The position numbers and the translations under genes are program-made. Positions 17,401-26,858 of a DNA stretch of 64,000 nt are shown in pieces; the stretch's first letter is position 1; the number at the start of each line of letters is the position of its first letter. The notes under the pieces are model-generated. The model did no database searches. It was given only the letters and a program-made list of their open reading frames with translations, and was not told the origin of the DNA. The stretch is from Mantamonas sphyraenae STR306 (lineage: Eukaryota > Protista > CRuMs), in NCBI GenBank assembly GCA_026936335.1, contig JAPMXV010000034.1, forward strand, positions 434,001 through 498,000, read 5' to 3'.

Positions 17401-20046
17401 CTCAAAGACACCGTGTCAAGTGGACAAGAAGAGTATCCCAAGGCACGCGTGGACGGTATCTGGGAGGCAACGGGTGCAGCGAGGTTTCGGCATGATTTCG
17501 ACTTGATGATGACAAAAATCGAATTCGCGTTGCGAGAGTTTGTCCGCCTGTACGCAATCCGAGCCGGACTCGCAAGCAACTACAAACAGGCAGACGCCCT
17601 ATTGTCGAGACTGACAAACATCAAGATCAAGGGACGGAAGCGCCGGTTGATGCAAGAGGTTGCAGTGGACGCACAATGCGAGGAAGAAGAGGATGAGGAT
17701 GAGGAGTACATGGAGGACGATGATGACGCAGTTGACGAGGAGCAGGAGGAACAGGAAGAGCAGGAGCAAGAAGAGCTGGAGGAGCAGGAGGAGCAGGAAC
17801 AGAAAGAGCTGGAGGAGCAGGAGGAACAGAAAGAGCTGGAGGAGCAGGAGGAACAGAAAGAGCTGGAGGAGCAAGAAGAGCTGGAGCAGGAGACAAAGGG
17901 GGCCATCGTGACGCAGGAGATCATCACATTTGCCAACAAGTGGGGAAACTTCATCCGTGGCCTTCAGCGCCTCCAGCGAGGGAGAGCGGTGGACACTCTG
18001 GTGTGGCCGGAAAAGACCACCATCATGGGGAATGCATCGTCCCGCGAAACGATACGCGCACGTCTGTGTCTGCTGGCTCTGGTGCTGGCAAACGTGGTGT
18101 TTGCCACACGTGGTGTGAATCTCAAACATGCCGACCTGTCCAGCTTCGCCATGGCCACATGGCTGGCACGCAGGGCCGGTGGCCGCCAGCGACGATTTTT
18201 GCCCACGCCGCGCCGAACATCATCCCCGCACACCATTGCGTCTGCCCAGCGTGGGCTCGACGTCGCTCTGCTTCAACGCGAGGAAACCTCTTTGCTGTAC
18301 GTACATTTCAAAAAAGCCGTGGATGCAGTCATGAGTGCTACGGACGACAAAGTGCAGCGCCAGCTGCTCTGGGGGCTGAAGTCGGCCATGCTCGAGAAAG
18401 TTCAAGAGCTTCCTGAGCACATTCGACTTGCGTGCCATGCCGCTTCGTTGGTGGACTACAATCTCTGTCTTCGGAGCGACGACAAATTGCGCCAGGACGA
18501 GTTGCTCGTGTACCACGACCTGATTCGCGATCTTGCCGTTGGTCCCCGTGGAACAAACCCGTTCCTCCGCGCCCAACTGGCCAATGATCTCATTTTCAAG
18601 GGTGACCGCGTCGCATCGACACGATACAAACCACAGGCGTGGAGCTTCCAAGATTTGCATACTCTGCCCGAGTCGTCAGCGAGCAAAAGGCGGGTTGGGC
18701 TTGGAGACAATACGAACGCAGCCGTGCCTTTTTTCAACTCCCTTGTCCACTGGGCTGACAACAGAACGGACACAATCAGCTCTCACAAGCTCTGCACCAT
18801 TGGCTACAACATGTGGAGGGAATTTGGAAATGATTGGAGCCAGATTCTCACAGCGGCATTGAATGCGCAGCTGGCGGATCGTGAGGCGGCCCAACTCATC
18901 GACCGTGTGGTGAGCACTATCAAGGACCATGCTCCCCCTTGTTTGCAGAAGCTAAAGGATGCAATGGAGGCACGTGACCTGGACAAAGAAACGCAAGGGC
19001 AGCTGGAGGAAGCGTGGGACGACATTGAGAAATCCATGCGAGGAAAACCCGCGAGCAAACAACTTGCACTGTCGACGTCGTGGTGGCCGCGCACCGGCGT
19101 GGCGAACGTGGAGGCACCGTCGTCTGCATCATCGTCGTCGTCTGCATCATCGTCGTCGTCTGCATCGTCGTCGTCGTCTGCATCATCGTCGTCCTCGGAC
19201 ACAACAATGATGACACGCTGGGCATCCAGTGTTCATGGGTTGTGTGCAGGCTATGATCCAGGTGTGTACCAGCACATTGGTGCCCTCGTTTTGTACTTTG
19301 ACAGCGTTACGGTGTCCGAGAAGAACGGCGTTTTGTGCATCAGCTACGCACTCACATTCGACATCAAAGGTACAAATGTTCGCTACGAGCAGAGGCGATC
19401 GGGTCATGCAGAGATCTCCAACAAGCTCAGCAAGCTGGGCAAGCAGCTTTCCAACGCTGCGAACGCAGCAAAACGTTTGGAAATCAACGAGGAGATGAAC
19501 ACGCTGGCGCACGACTTGAAGCCAATTCAAGAGCATATGGCTCGGTTGATCAAACACGGAAGCGCAGCAGTGATGGCTGACCTCCAACGACAGTGCAACC
19601 ACCGAATTCATGTCGGATACGGAGCAGCGCCCGTTGTAGCAAGCGTGCCTGTGCGTACGGATGCCGCCCAACTGGCCTGTGTCTCCACAGTCACCCTGAC
19701 GCACGAACCGCAAACATCCAAACACTCTGCGTACGACTGTAAAGCCGTTCGAAAGCATGCTTGGAGTGTGGACAAGAGTGGGTCACGGAACGATCGGTGG
19801 TATGTGCACGACGTGGCCAGCAAGACGCTGCGAGACGGAGAGGAGTGGGTGGCGCACAAGGACCGCAGTGCTGCCATCAACATCGCCAACAAATGCCATG
19901 CAGCTCGTCGGTGTGGTGTCGAGCTGTGGCTATTCACGTGGGTCTGGAGCAGCAATCGGGGGCATCTACAAGAGGCGGCCCGCAAGGCCATGCATGATGG
20001 ACAAGATGCAGGCCATGGGGGTCAAAATGTCCAAGTGGTGTTGTAG
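14401..20046 (+). CDS. Giant Fanzor1/TnpB-like RNA-guided RuvC nuclease with N-terminal putative clan CE protease and HTH (1881 aa)
   Basis: RuvC-I CAGYDPG (D1619), IHVGYGAA, THEPQTSK (E1769), RuvC-III HKDRSAAINI (D1821); N-terminal H223-D246-Q271-C280. Confidence 0.82.
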   Translation: MVLTRGDHRRDASKKYNCNLSDVEMDAAWIHDEYRANGKSPPRLQIHPSAFHFLCHTTGKSHRCRVPIASEEHFRVVLRLMRYAISTLTRYRVDTEGALQFQLVCALLSLVAGVGVYDVPQKTLHMFKRHSTIITTTPIIMEAAYSASDVAQNTGNATSALKRAVCDAAQSGALCRDCGWVTETGLYTGDQLTALAETLSAETERKFEIETCVSPRHPIPGSHVSSCFNMTQRTDPNTRPVVHMADSLSTREIRDGFGGKKRNPACANQPQVSAGETHHCTQLFVLHVEDMIVRHMAAASAPAKPSSPLDRAPAGSSTPLCTSSTSSSSSSSSSSSSSSSSSSSSSSSSSSSSSSSSSSSSSSVLDKAVDSFCDELDELRGRFNMAPDTVTLYLQRNTVASVDTTLAQFNRRELVLEAELAHKFDISVSHVHTAVKQRCEQRGVKVVEHTAATSRCLRDACDGETLLWCPTNDGSVLRAGIWVNAQGDAIRLIQDDHAERLVCAILCGSTTLDVSMSLVGETHKAVDMVRAGGLLNLKTVTKTAGLSRLRKPERDQLHAETVRAMCSVLSSAALDRVNERLTEHLTHTTLASCSRNGQGEDEVSIQGTECLLEAMRAMPPRAAGVMADLLRRFPHGTRVRDVIALVQEAVEAQPTERPSVGVSRTCVFVRRRMVHGRTLHLFLEQDSIECGSLLQAMGVQHVLDALNGAQLEEWACVIRRLVQAEQDLVASAKAEADATEYVEQDTWNEFLAALDKFEESNALTQRFSQSTTKLDSATIEQLRASAPKASKVLSLPTGVKLMRIVPHKPKKPKAERPLLSESWPGFLSDKLGLIVKGVANATVTHTDVLTSKTVKFTRSKGQVRQVEHGSEPLAGMAAEVQDADRRGYEKQRHELLLHLDGILPNSSSKEEDVTEEGEGKEKETSEGKGKGKAAVEAMDTQCELPAVLAKDEQLEAVQTLEEMEEDDQQRRIEDIERIDTRLNSVQGCASFEQLVDALLQLKDTVSSGQEEYPKARVDGIWEATGAARFRHDFDLMMTKIEFALREFVRLYAIRAGLASNYKQADALLSRLTNIKIKGRKRRLMQEVAVDAQCEEEEDEDEEYMEDDDDAVDEEQEEQEEQEQEELEEQEEQEQKELEEQEEQKELEEQEEQKELEEQEELEQETKGAIVTQEIITFANKWGNFIRGLQRLQRGRAVDTLVWPEKTTIMGNASSRETIRARLCLLALVLANVVFATRGVNLKHADLSSFAMATWLARRAGGRQRRFLPTPRRTSSPHTIASAQRGLDVALLQREETSLLYVHFKKAVDAVMSATDDKVQRQLLWGLKSAMLEKVQELPEHIRLACHAASLVDYNLCLRSDDKLRQDELLVYHDLIRDLAVGPRGTNPFLRAQLANDLIFKGDRVASTRYKPQAWSFQDLHTLPESSASKRRVGLGDNTNAAVPFFNSLVHWADNRTDTISSHKLCTIGYNMWREFGNDWSQILTAALNAQLADREAAQLIDRVVSTIKDHAPPCLQKLKDAMEARDLDKETQGQLEEAWDDIEKSMRGKPASKQLALSTSWWPRTGVANVEAPSSASSSSSASSSSSASSSSSASSSSSDTTMMTRWASSVHGLCAGYDPGVYQHIGALVLYFDSVTVSEKNGVLCISYALTFDIKGTNVRYEQRRSGHAEISNKLSKLGKQLSNAANAAKRLEINEEMNTLAHDLKPIQEHMARLIKHGSAAVMADLQRQCNHRIHVGYGAAPVVASVPVRTDAAQLACVSTVTLTHEPQTSKHSAYDCKAVRKHAWSVDKSGSRNDRWYVHDVASKTLRDGEEWVAHKDRSAAINIANKCHAARRCGVELWLFTWVWSSNRGHLQEAARKAMHDGQDAGHGGQNVQVVL
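15378..15489 (+). repeat. (TCC/TCT)n poly-Ser linker in Fanzor ORF
   Basis: Visible trinucleotide array. Confidence 0.95.
17738..17892 (+). repeat. 27-nt tandem repeat encoding EEQKELEEQ in Fanzor ORF
   Basis: GAGGAACAGAAAGAGCTGGAGGAGCAG units and degenerate copies. Confidence 0.9.
19119..19197 (+). repeat. 18-nt tandem repeat encoding SASSSS just before RuvC-I
   Basis: TCTGCATCATCGTCGTCG, about 4 copies. Confidence 0.9.
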
Positions 20047-20106
20047 ATGATTGTTGTGGTGAAATACTTGTGAAAACTAGCGCCTGTATGCGGCGCGAGG
20101 TGATTT
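19931..20106 (+). ncRNA. Putative Fanzor omega-RNA (scaffold to 20086, guide from right flank)
   Basis: Nested complementary segments CATCTACAA/TTGTAGATG, CAGCAAT/ATTGTTG, TGGACA/TGTCCA, GGCC/GGCC, TATTCAC/GTGAAATA ending at the element right end. Confidence 0.6.
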
Positions 20107-20117
20107 GCAAAATACAA

Positions 20118-21877
20118 TTACTGTGCTGCGCTGGAACTGCTGGAACTGCTGGAACTGGTGTCCTGCTCCTCCATGGCATCTCCCAGGGCGTCCTCCTGTC
20201 CCTCCCAGCGGGCTCGTTCCTTTTCCTGACGCTCAAGAAACATTTCGCGCTCTCGGACGCGATTCTCTGCGTACTGCTGGGCCTTTTGGCGTTTGCGATC
20301 GCTTTTCTTGATGCGAGGTTTGCGCTTGCGGTTGCCCTGCGCCTGGTCATCGGGGTTAAGGACGCCTGCCTTGCGTGTGATGTGGTATGTGTCGTGTGCA
20401 GGTTTGTGCATGTCCTCGACGCGGTTTGCGGATTCGGGCACAATGGCAGACATGCCGTCCTCGACGTCCAGGACCTTTTCCAGGGTCACCAAGCGCCTGC
20501 AGTACACGGGACTGAACCATTGCACGCTATTGGCCACCAAGCGTAGGCAGGGATGCTCCGGCATGTCGTCTTCCGTGTACTCAGAGGTGGTGGGCAGCCA
20601 AAAGACAAGGCGGCCGTGGAGCACCAGCCGCTCTGCGGCAAAGTTCAGCAAATCCACAAGAAGGGCCTGCACGCTGTAGGCCACCTTTTTCGGAACGCGT
20701 TGGCCCTTGTGAGCGTCGTCCACACTCTTGACATCCTCGCCCTCCTGGACACCGATTTTCTTTGCGCCCGCTCGTACGCCGTACGGCGGATCTGTCACAA
20801 TGGCGTCAAAGAGTGCGGTCTTGCGCCACACAGGGAGGGAAAAGTCACCCATGATGACGCCGCTGTACAGACTGCGCGTGCCATACTGATCAAAGTTGTC
20901 GAGGATGGTGCCGTGCACACCCGTCTTCTGGTTTGCCTTGCCACGCAGCACGCGTGCGTCGAGCTCACTGCCCATCACATGGGCGCCGTAGTGAGCACTG
21001 GTCAGAAGCATGCTCGCAGTTCCACAAAAAGGGTCAAACACAAGCATGCCCGGGTTGGCCAGCGCCATGTTGCTCATCACCAAGCTCAGCTCCGCGTCCA
21101 TCGACGTCGTGCCCAGGTACCGTCTGGTCTTGAGCGAATACGTGGTGGCTGCCTCAACTCCCGTGCCGTCGGCCACCAGCCGTCCAAAGTACACTGTGGT
21201 GGGCTCCGTGAGCTTCTTCCGCGTCTCTGCGTCGTGCTTCAGCGACGGATATACCTCCAGAAAGACCATCACGATGTCCGGCGACTCGAGATCCACGGAA
21301 CACTCTCCAAACCACTTGGTCAGGTGTTTCATGCGCTCCAACTGCACCGAATATTTCAGCTTGCGCCCCACAGCCACGGGCTGGAACTTGAAGCGCATCC
21401 CATCCTGAATGTGCTCCTCCTGCGCTCGGGTGTCAGCGCGTTCACGTGTCGTGTGACCATGGTGTCGAGGGGAGGAAGGACACATCCAGCGCACAACAAC
21501 AAAATCAAAACGCGTGTGCACGTGTGCCCATGTCTCTCTTTCCACGTCCCTGCACGTACCGTGAGATGCGGAGCGTTGTCGACCGCGTCAATCACCTCCT
21601 CGTAGGTTTCACCAGAGCCCCAGGGTTCGATGATGCGACGCAGCATAACGGAACGCTGTGCCAGTCGCTGTGCATCGTCGAGAGAGGGCACATGGATGCT
21701 CACCACGGGCTCCTCGATCGTCAGAAAGTCCTTTTCCACAAAGAGCGGGATGTCCAGCGCACGTGCGGCTGCCTTGAGCTCTGGAATGCGGAAATCGTGG
21801 TGCACATGACGGAACTGCACCCAAAGATGCACATAGCCATCCGGCACATGGTCAGCCTCCTCGGATCTGGACGACAT
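20118..21877 (-). CDS. TRMT11: tRNA (guanine-10-N2)-methyltransferase Trm11; intron ~21420-21559
   Basis: HHDFRIPEL, YSLKTRRYLGTTSMDAELSLVMSN, VFDPFCGTAS, FDAIVTDPPYGVRAG. Confidence 0.95.
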
Positions 21878-22072
21878 GTGGCACTTCTCTCTCTTCCGGA
21901 ATTTCCCTGGGCCGTGTGGCGGCCAGGAGAAATCCCCTTGCCCACTCCAGCACAAAAGGAGCGCCAGAGCCTGTGAAAGACTGCATCGTGAGCCCAGGCA
22001 CTGCAGTACTCGCGACAATGCTGGCTCGGTGGCGCTGATGGGGGCAAGAATTTTGTGAACTGAACGCCAACC

Positions 22073-22954
22073 ATGTCCAGCGGCGCATCCAAGTTTCGCG
22101 TGGCGCTGTGCCAGTTGCATGCCACAAAAGACAAGGCGGCGAACCTGCAGGCGGCGCAGGCTGCCATTGAAGAAGCTGTGAAGGAGGGAGGGGCGCAGGT
22201 TGTGGCGCTGCCAGAGATCTTCAACTCGCCGTACTCCAACGAGGCGTTTGGGCCGTACAGCGAGCCCGTTCCGGGTGGAGAGTCGTACGAAATGCTGTCT
22301 GGTGTGGCCAAGGACCTTGGCATCTACCTTGTGGGCGGCTCAATTCCCGAGAAGGACGAGCAGGGGCAGCTGTACAACACGGCGCTGGTGTTTGACCCCG
22401 AAGGGGAGCTGCTGGCCATGCACCGCAAGCTGCACCTGTTTGACATCGATGTGCCGGGCAAGATTACGTTTCGGGAGAGCGACACGTTGACGGCAGGTGA
22501 CGCAGTGACGACGTTTGACACAGCGTACGGTCGCATGGGCTTGGGCATCTGCTACGATATGCGCTTCCCGGAATTGGCGCAGATCTGTGGCCAAGACGGT
22601 GCACGGGTGCTATTCTACCCGGGTTGCTTCAACATGACCACGGGACCGGCACACTGGGAGCTGCTGCAACGCGCTCGTGCTCTGGACAACCAGGTGTACG
22701 TGTGCACCATTTCACAGGCACGCGACGACGACGCTGGCTACGTGGCTTGGGGACACAGCTCTGTGTGCGATCCCTGGGGCTCTGTGATCAGCACCACCGA
22801 GCACGAGCCTGCCATCGTCTACGCCGACGTCGACCTCGACTACCAGGACCAAGTACGCAGCCAAATCCCTGTGCTGAAGCAGAAGCGCACCGACGTGTAT
22901 GCGCTTGCGTCTGTGCTGAACGACGGCGACGACGGGGCCCAGGAAAAGGTGTGA
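22073..22954 (+). CDS. NIT2: Omega-amidase (nitrilase family)
   Basis: [65 protein letters not shown]. Confidence 0.95.
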   Translation: MSSGASKFRVALCQLHATKDKAANLQAAQAAIEEAVKEGGAQVVALPEIFNSPYSNEAFGPYSEPVPGGESYEMLSGVAKDLGIYLVGGSIPEKDEQGQLYNTALVFDPEGELLAMHRKLHLFDIDVPGKITFRESDTLTAGDAVTTFDTAYGRMGLGICYDMRFPELAQICGQDGARVLFYPGCFNMTTGPAHWELLQRARALDNQVYVCTISQARDDDAGYVAWGHSSVCDPWGSVISTTEHEPAIVYADVDLDYQDQVRSQIPVLKQKRTDVYALASVLNDGDDGAQEKV

Positions 22955-22980
22955 TTTGGTGATTTTTGCGTTGCTTTGTT

Positions 22981-23489
22981 TCAAAAATCCACTGCTCGAC
23001 CCTTGTACTCCCAGTCTCCGTATCGTGTGGGTTCGGGTTCTTTCGGGTCACGTCCGCCCACCTCTCCTGTTTCCTTGTTGACCCAGTCTGCGTGGGGGGG
23101 AAGACGATGTTTTGGTGTGTGAGTGTGTGAGTGTGTGTGAGTGGTTTGGAACTCGGTCGGAGCGATTTCCACCGCCGAGGATCTTCGCAGGCGGAAAACG
23201 CACCTCGTTCCTGCTCCTCGGCAGGTTCGTTCTGCACAAACGTATTCACAATGGGCCGTGTGCGCCCTGTGGCGGCAAACGGAGACGGCGGCACGCCTTG
23301 AAACATGCGCACACGCTCGTCGAGGGCCTCGCCGGGCTTGGGCTTTGCGTCGTCGGCTCCATCTCCGTCCCCGGCTTCGTTCAGGCCCACGAGCGACGTC
23401 GTCAGCTGCCTGGAAACAGCCTGTGTTCCACCAAGTGTGCATACACGTTGGATGCTGCTGCTCCTGGAGGACACGGTGCGCACAAACAT
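22981..23489 (-). CDS. SDHAF4: Succinate dehydrogenase assembly factor 4 (Sdh8); one intron
   Basis: C-terminal VNKETGEVGG...EPTRYGDWEYKGRAVDF; R/S-rich mitochondrial-type presequence. Confidence 0.88.
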
Positions 23490-23567
23490 GGACAGGGGCT
23501 TGGTTTGGCCCGGCGGATGCACAAGCGCCCCAGCTCACCCACGTCCCCAATTTGCCCGCACGCGCAC

Positions 23568-23612
<45 letters not shown>

Positions 23613-24843
23613 ATGAGCAGCAGGCGCGACCGCCTTCCAGCGTTCCTTAAGGATTGTTCGCGCATTGGCCAGCTCAAGGGCTTTCTGTACTTCGATCTGT
23701 TCCAGCGAGGCCGAGAGGAGATGATGGTGGCCGTCAAGCTGGACGTTGCCGACCAGTCTGCAGAGAAGTACGCGTGCCTTTTGAACCACTCCCACGTCTG
23801 CACCCGCCTTCCCATGGCTTCCCCGCCGTCTATGGTTGGCCACCTGTGCCGCATCCGCTTGCCTCTGCTGTGCTGCTGCGTGTACTTCCACCCGGCTGAC
23901 CCTTTCCCGCATCCGTGTGTGCCTTTTTGCAGTGCCGTCTCTGCCCAGGGCAAGCCGTTGACCAGCGTCGACTTTCTCGTCGCCGGCTATGCCAAGTATC
24001 AGTGTCCATACGTTTGGGTATGTGTGGCTTGGGCCTCCCCGTTCAGTTTGCGGCTGAGAAAGGTTGAGTGTTGAATTTTCGGGCCCTTGGCCAACTGACA
24101 ACCACTGGCGTCACCGGCCCACCCCGTCGCCCACAGATCCGCTCCGAACCTTCCGAGGCCCTGCGCAACGCAGGCATTGTTGTAGGAGACGACTGGGACA
24201 ATCCACTGGTGCTTGCAACCACCACCAACTGGCAGTACAGGTGGGTTATTGCGAGTGGCACCCCCCGCCGTTCATTGTGCCAACGTGGCAACACCGTTCC
24301 CCGTCCCCACATGCCGCTCACATTGCCTTGTACCTCGTCCCCTCTCTGCCACCTTTCCCCCTCTCCCCTTCTTGGCACAGTTCTGTCAAGGCAGCAGACG
24401 TGATTGTGGAGCTTACGTCCATGACGCTCGATCCGGTGCCCAAGAATCCGTTTGCCGTCGACTTTGACTTTTTCGAGGAGCTCAGCCTGTTTGAGCGCAC
24501 TGTGGCTCAGGCGGCCATGATCAACTTTCTGCGGCGGGTGTTTGTGGCAGAGAGCTCCACCATATACCAACTGGTGTTTGAGGACATTGCACGCCTGAGC
24601 ACGATGCACTTGACGGCGATGCAAGCCTTGCTTCAACACGCCGCCCTACTCAACGCGATGCCCACACCCTCCTCCAGCCCATCCGGGAACAAAATCCTTG
24701 CAGAGACTTCGTCGGAGAGCTCGGTCGACGACGCAGACATCCTGCGTGCCAGTGGCATAGCCAAAGACGACGAGTTTGACGTCTCCCAGCCCAAGTCGCC
24801 TTCCAGAACACACAGTGGTTTCTTTCGCAAGGGCTTCGAGTGA
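23613..24843 (+). CDS. Uncharacterised protein, multi-exon
   Basis: Exons splice to ...FLVAGYAKYQCPYVW|IRSEP...NPLVL...NPFAVDFDFFEEL; canonical GT-AG introns. Confidence 0.7.
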
Positions 24844-24900
24844 CGCACTCCCCCCCTCCCCTCCCTCTCCATTCACTTGAAATGTACACTTCATTCACGA

Positions 24901-26693
24901 TCAATTCGTCAACGCCTCCACCAGAATCTCAAAAATCAGTCCCACGACCTTTTTGAACGTCTTCCATCCGTCTTGGTCGCTACCATGCTCTCCTGTGCGT
25001 TTACCCTTGCCCGCCGAAGCGGCCTTTTCGGCCAGCAGCGCTGCAACGCGTTCGGATTTGGTGCTGCCGGTGGCGTAGGCGCGGATGCGAAAGTGGGCCT
25101 GCTGTTCCGCGTACACACTGACAAACACGTGGCCATCGGTCATATCCTGGTAGGTGGCAGGCACCTGAACACGCTCTGTGTCCATCCCGACGTTGTTGGA
25201 CGCGTACATTGAGTTGTATGTGTGCCACGTGGCCGGAGCAAGCAGGTAGTGCGAGGCGTACAGATCAGGGTCGTTGATGGCCCCCTTGAGCCGTGCCGAC
25301 GCCACGGGTTCCACCTCAATCACCGTGTCCACACCGCTCCGTGGAGCCACCTTGAAAAACACATACTGCTGGGGCCCCAGCACAATGGTGCGATCCCACC
25401 CGCCCAGGGTGAGCGTGCGAAAGTGTTCCGTGCGAAAGTGGGCCGAGGTAAACAGCAAATGCATGCCACTGAGTCGATCGTGGGCCACAACATTCACCAC
25501 ATACTCCGACCGCGGCTTCAGGTTGTTGATGCGCCAGGTAAAGATGCGGTCGTTGTCGTCCGAGTCGTTCCACTCGCCGTCGTCATTCTCGTCCAGCACA
25601 AGTGTAAACTGCTGCTTGAGTGCTTTGGGCTCGCTTGTCACACGCATTCCGTGTGATTTCATGGCACACAGCGTATCCAAACCCACTTGTGCTTCCTTGT
25701 CTTCCTCCGACAGCTCGCGCACATACACAGAGTACTGCACGTCTGCAAACATCGTCGACCACCGTGATGGCATCCTAATTGCATTTTCGGCGCCTCCTCG
25801 CTTGCGCAGCACCGTTTCCGGTTGGATCAGGTGTTGCATGGCGTCGCGCAGATCGTGCGAACGCTTCTCCTGCAGCTCCAGCAATGCACGCTGACGCACT
25901 CGTTCGTCCACATGCACCTGTGACCAGCCCACCTTGACGCTGTTGTCATTCACGTCCAACAGCCGCACCTGAGGGTCTGCGTTGCGCAGCACACGTGCCT
26001 CCAGGTGTTCTGACGTCATGTCGAGTCAGCATCTCCAGCCAGCAGCCTTCCACACACACACACACACACACACAACCCTGTCCCGCTGGACAACAACAAC
26101 AACTCACCCGAAGTCTGCGCCCACATTTCGTATGTACAGTTCGTGGTGCCGTGCACAGACACGTAGTACAGGCCAGCGGTGGCCGGGGAAACGACGACGC
26201 GGTCGACGCCCGTTTCGGCATCACTCTTCCAGTGGAAGTTCTGCAACGCTTCGTGGAGCATCTGCTTGATGAAATGGGGCGTCTCATCGGCCTTGTGGGC
26301 AGCGCCAAACACACTCTGGTCCACAAACGACACAAAGACGTCGGGGTTTCCGGAGCACGGGTGCAAGTGCACCTCCAGCTTCGTGGTTGCCTCGGCAAGC
26401 GAGAAAAAGTAGTGGTGGTAGTCGCCCTCGTGGAGACTGCCCGTCTCAATGGTGTCCAATGACAGGTTGCGCACCTGGAGGCTCTCCAGCGCCTGCTGTT
26501 CCAGCACCGAGTCTTCGGCCAGGTCGGGCGGCTCCTCCACCGTCATTGCCTGCTCCATGTCCACGTCCACGTCTACTCCCGTGTCCATGTCCATGTCCAT
26601 GTCCATGTCCATCTCGTCAGCATCCGACTCTGCGTGTGCATAGGACACCCCCGCCATCAGCAGCAACAGCAGGAGGAACACAGGTCTCCTCAT
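24901..26693 (-). CDS. Secreted NDNF/Nord-like FN3 protein; one intron
   Basis: Signal peptide MRRPVFLLLLLLMAGVSYA; HYFFSL...LEVHLHPC, AGLYYV, VKVGW, QYSVY...TLCAM, NLKPRSEYVVNV. Confidence 0.6.
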
Positions 26694-26858
26694 CGTCGTC
26701 GATTTGGCATCGCACGCGCACTCCAACCCAAGCACCCAATCAGACTCTGCACCCGTCCACAGGTCTAATTTCATCACTTTCTCTTTCAACACAGCGATTC
26801 CACACACACCCGTCCATCCATTCCACAGACAACACACCAGCACAAACGGACAGCAACC

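Larger units (their letters stand above)
13941..20086 (+). mobile_element. Fanzor-carrying DNA transposon, TA target-site duplication, imperfect short TIRs, no recognisable transposase
   Basis: TA(13939-40)|CAGGCGTTTTCA ... TGAAAActagCGCCTG|TA(20087-88); removing it leaves a ~110-bp convergent spacer of normal size for this genome; single intronless ORF inside. Confidence 0.75.

Noticed and set aside
17738-17892. CRISPR-like array near a Cas12-like protein
   Set aside because: Repeats are contiguous, in-frame coding units with no unique spacers
20077-20099. Helitron-like 3' end (CTAG plus GCGCC/GGCGC hairpin)
   Set aside because: CTAG precedes rather than follows the hairpin, half the stem lies in the inferred flank, and no Rep/helicase is present; TA-TSD plus TIR fits better
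12728-22954. Functional linkage of ATXN3, TRMT11 or NIT2 to the Fanzor
   Set aside because: Ordinary host genes outside the TA-bounded element; adjacency is explained by insertion
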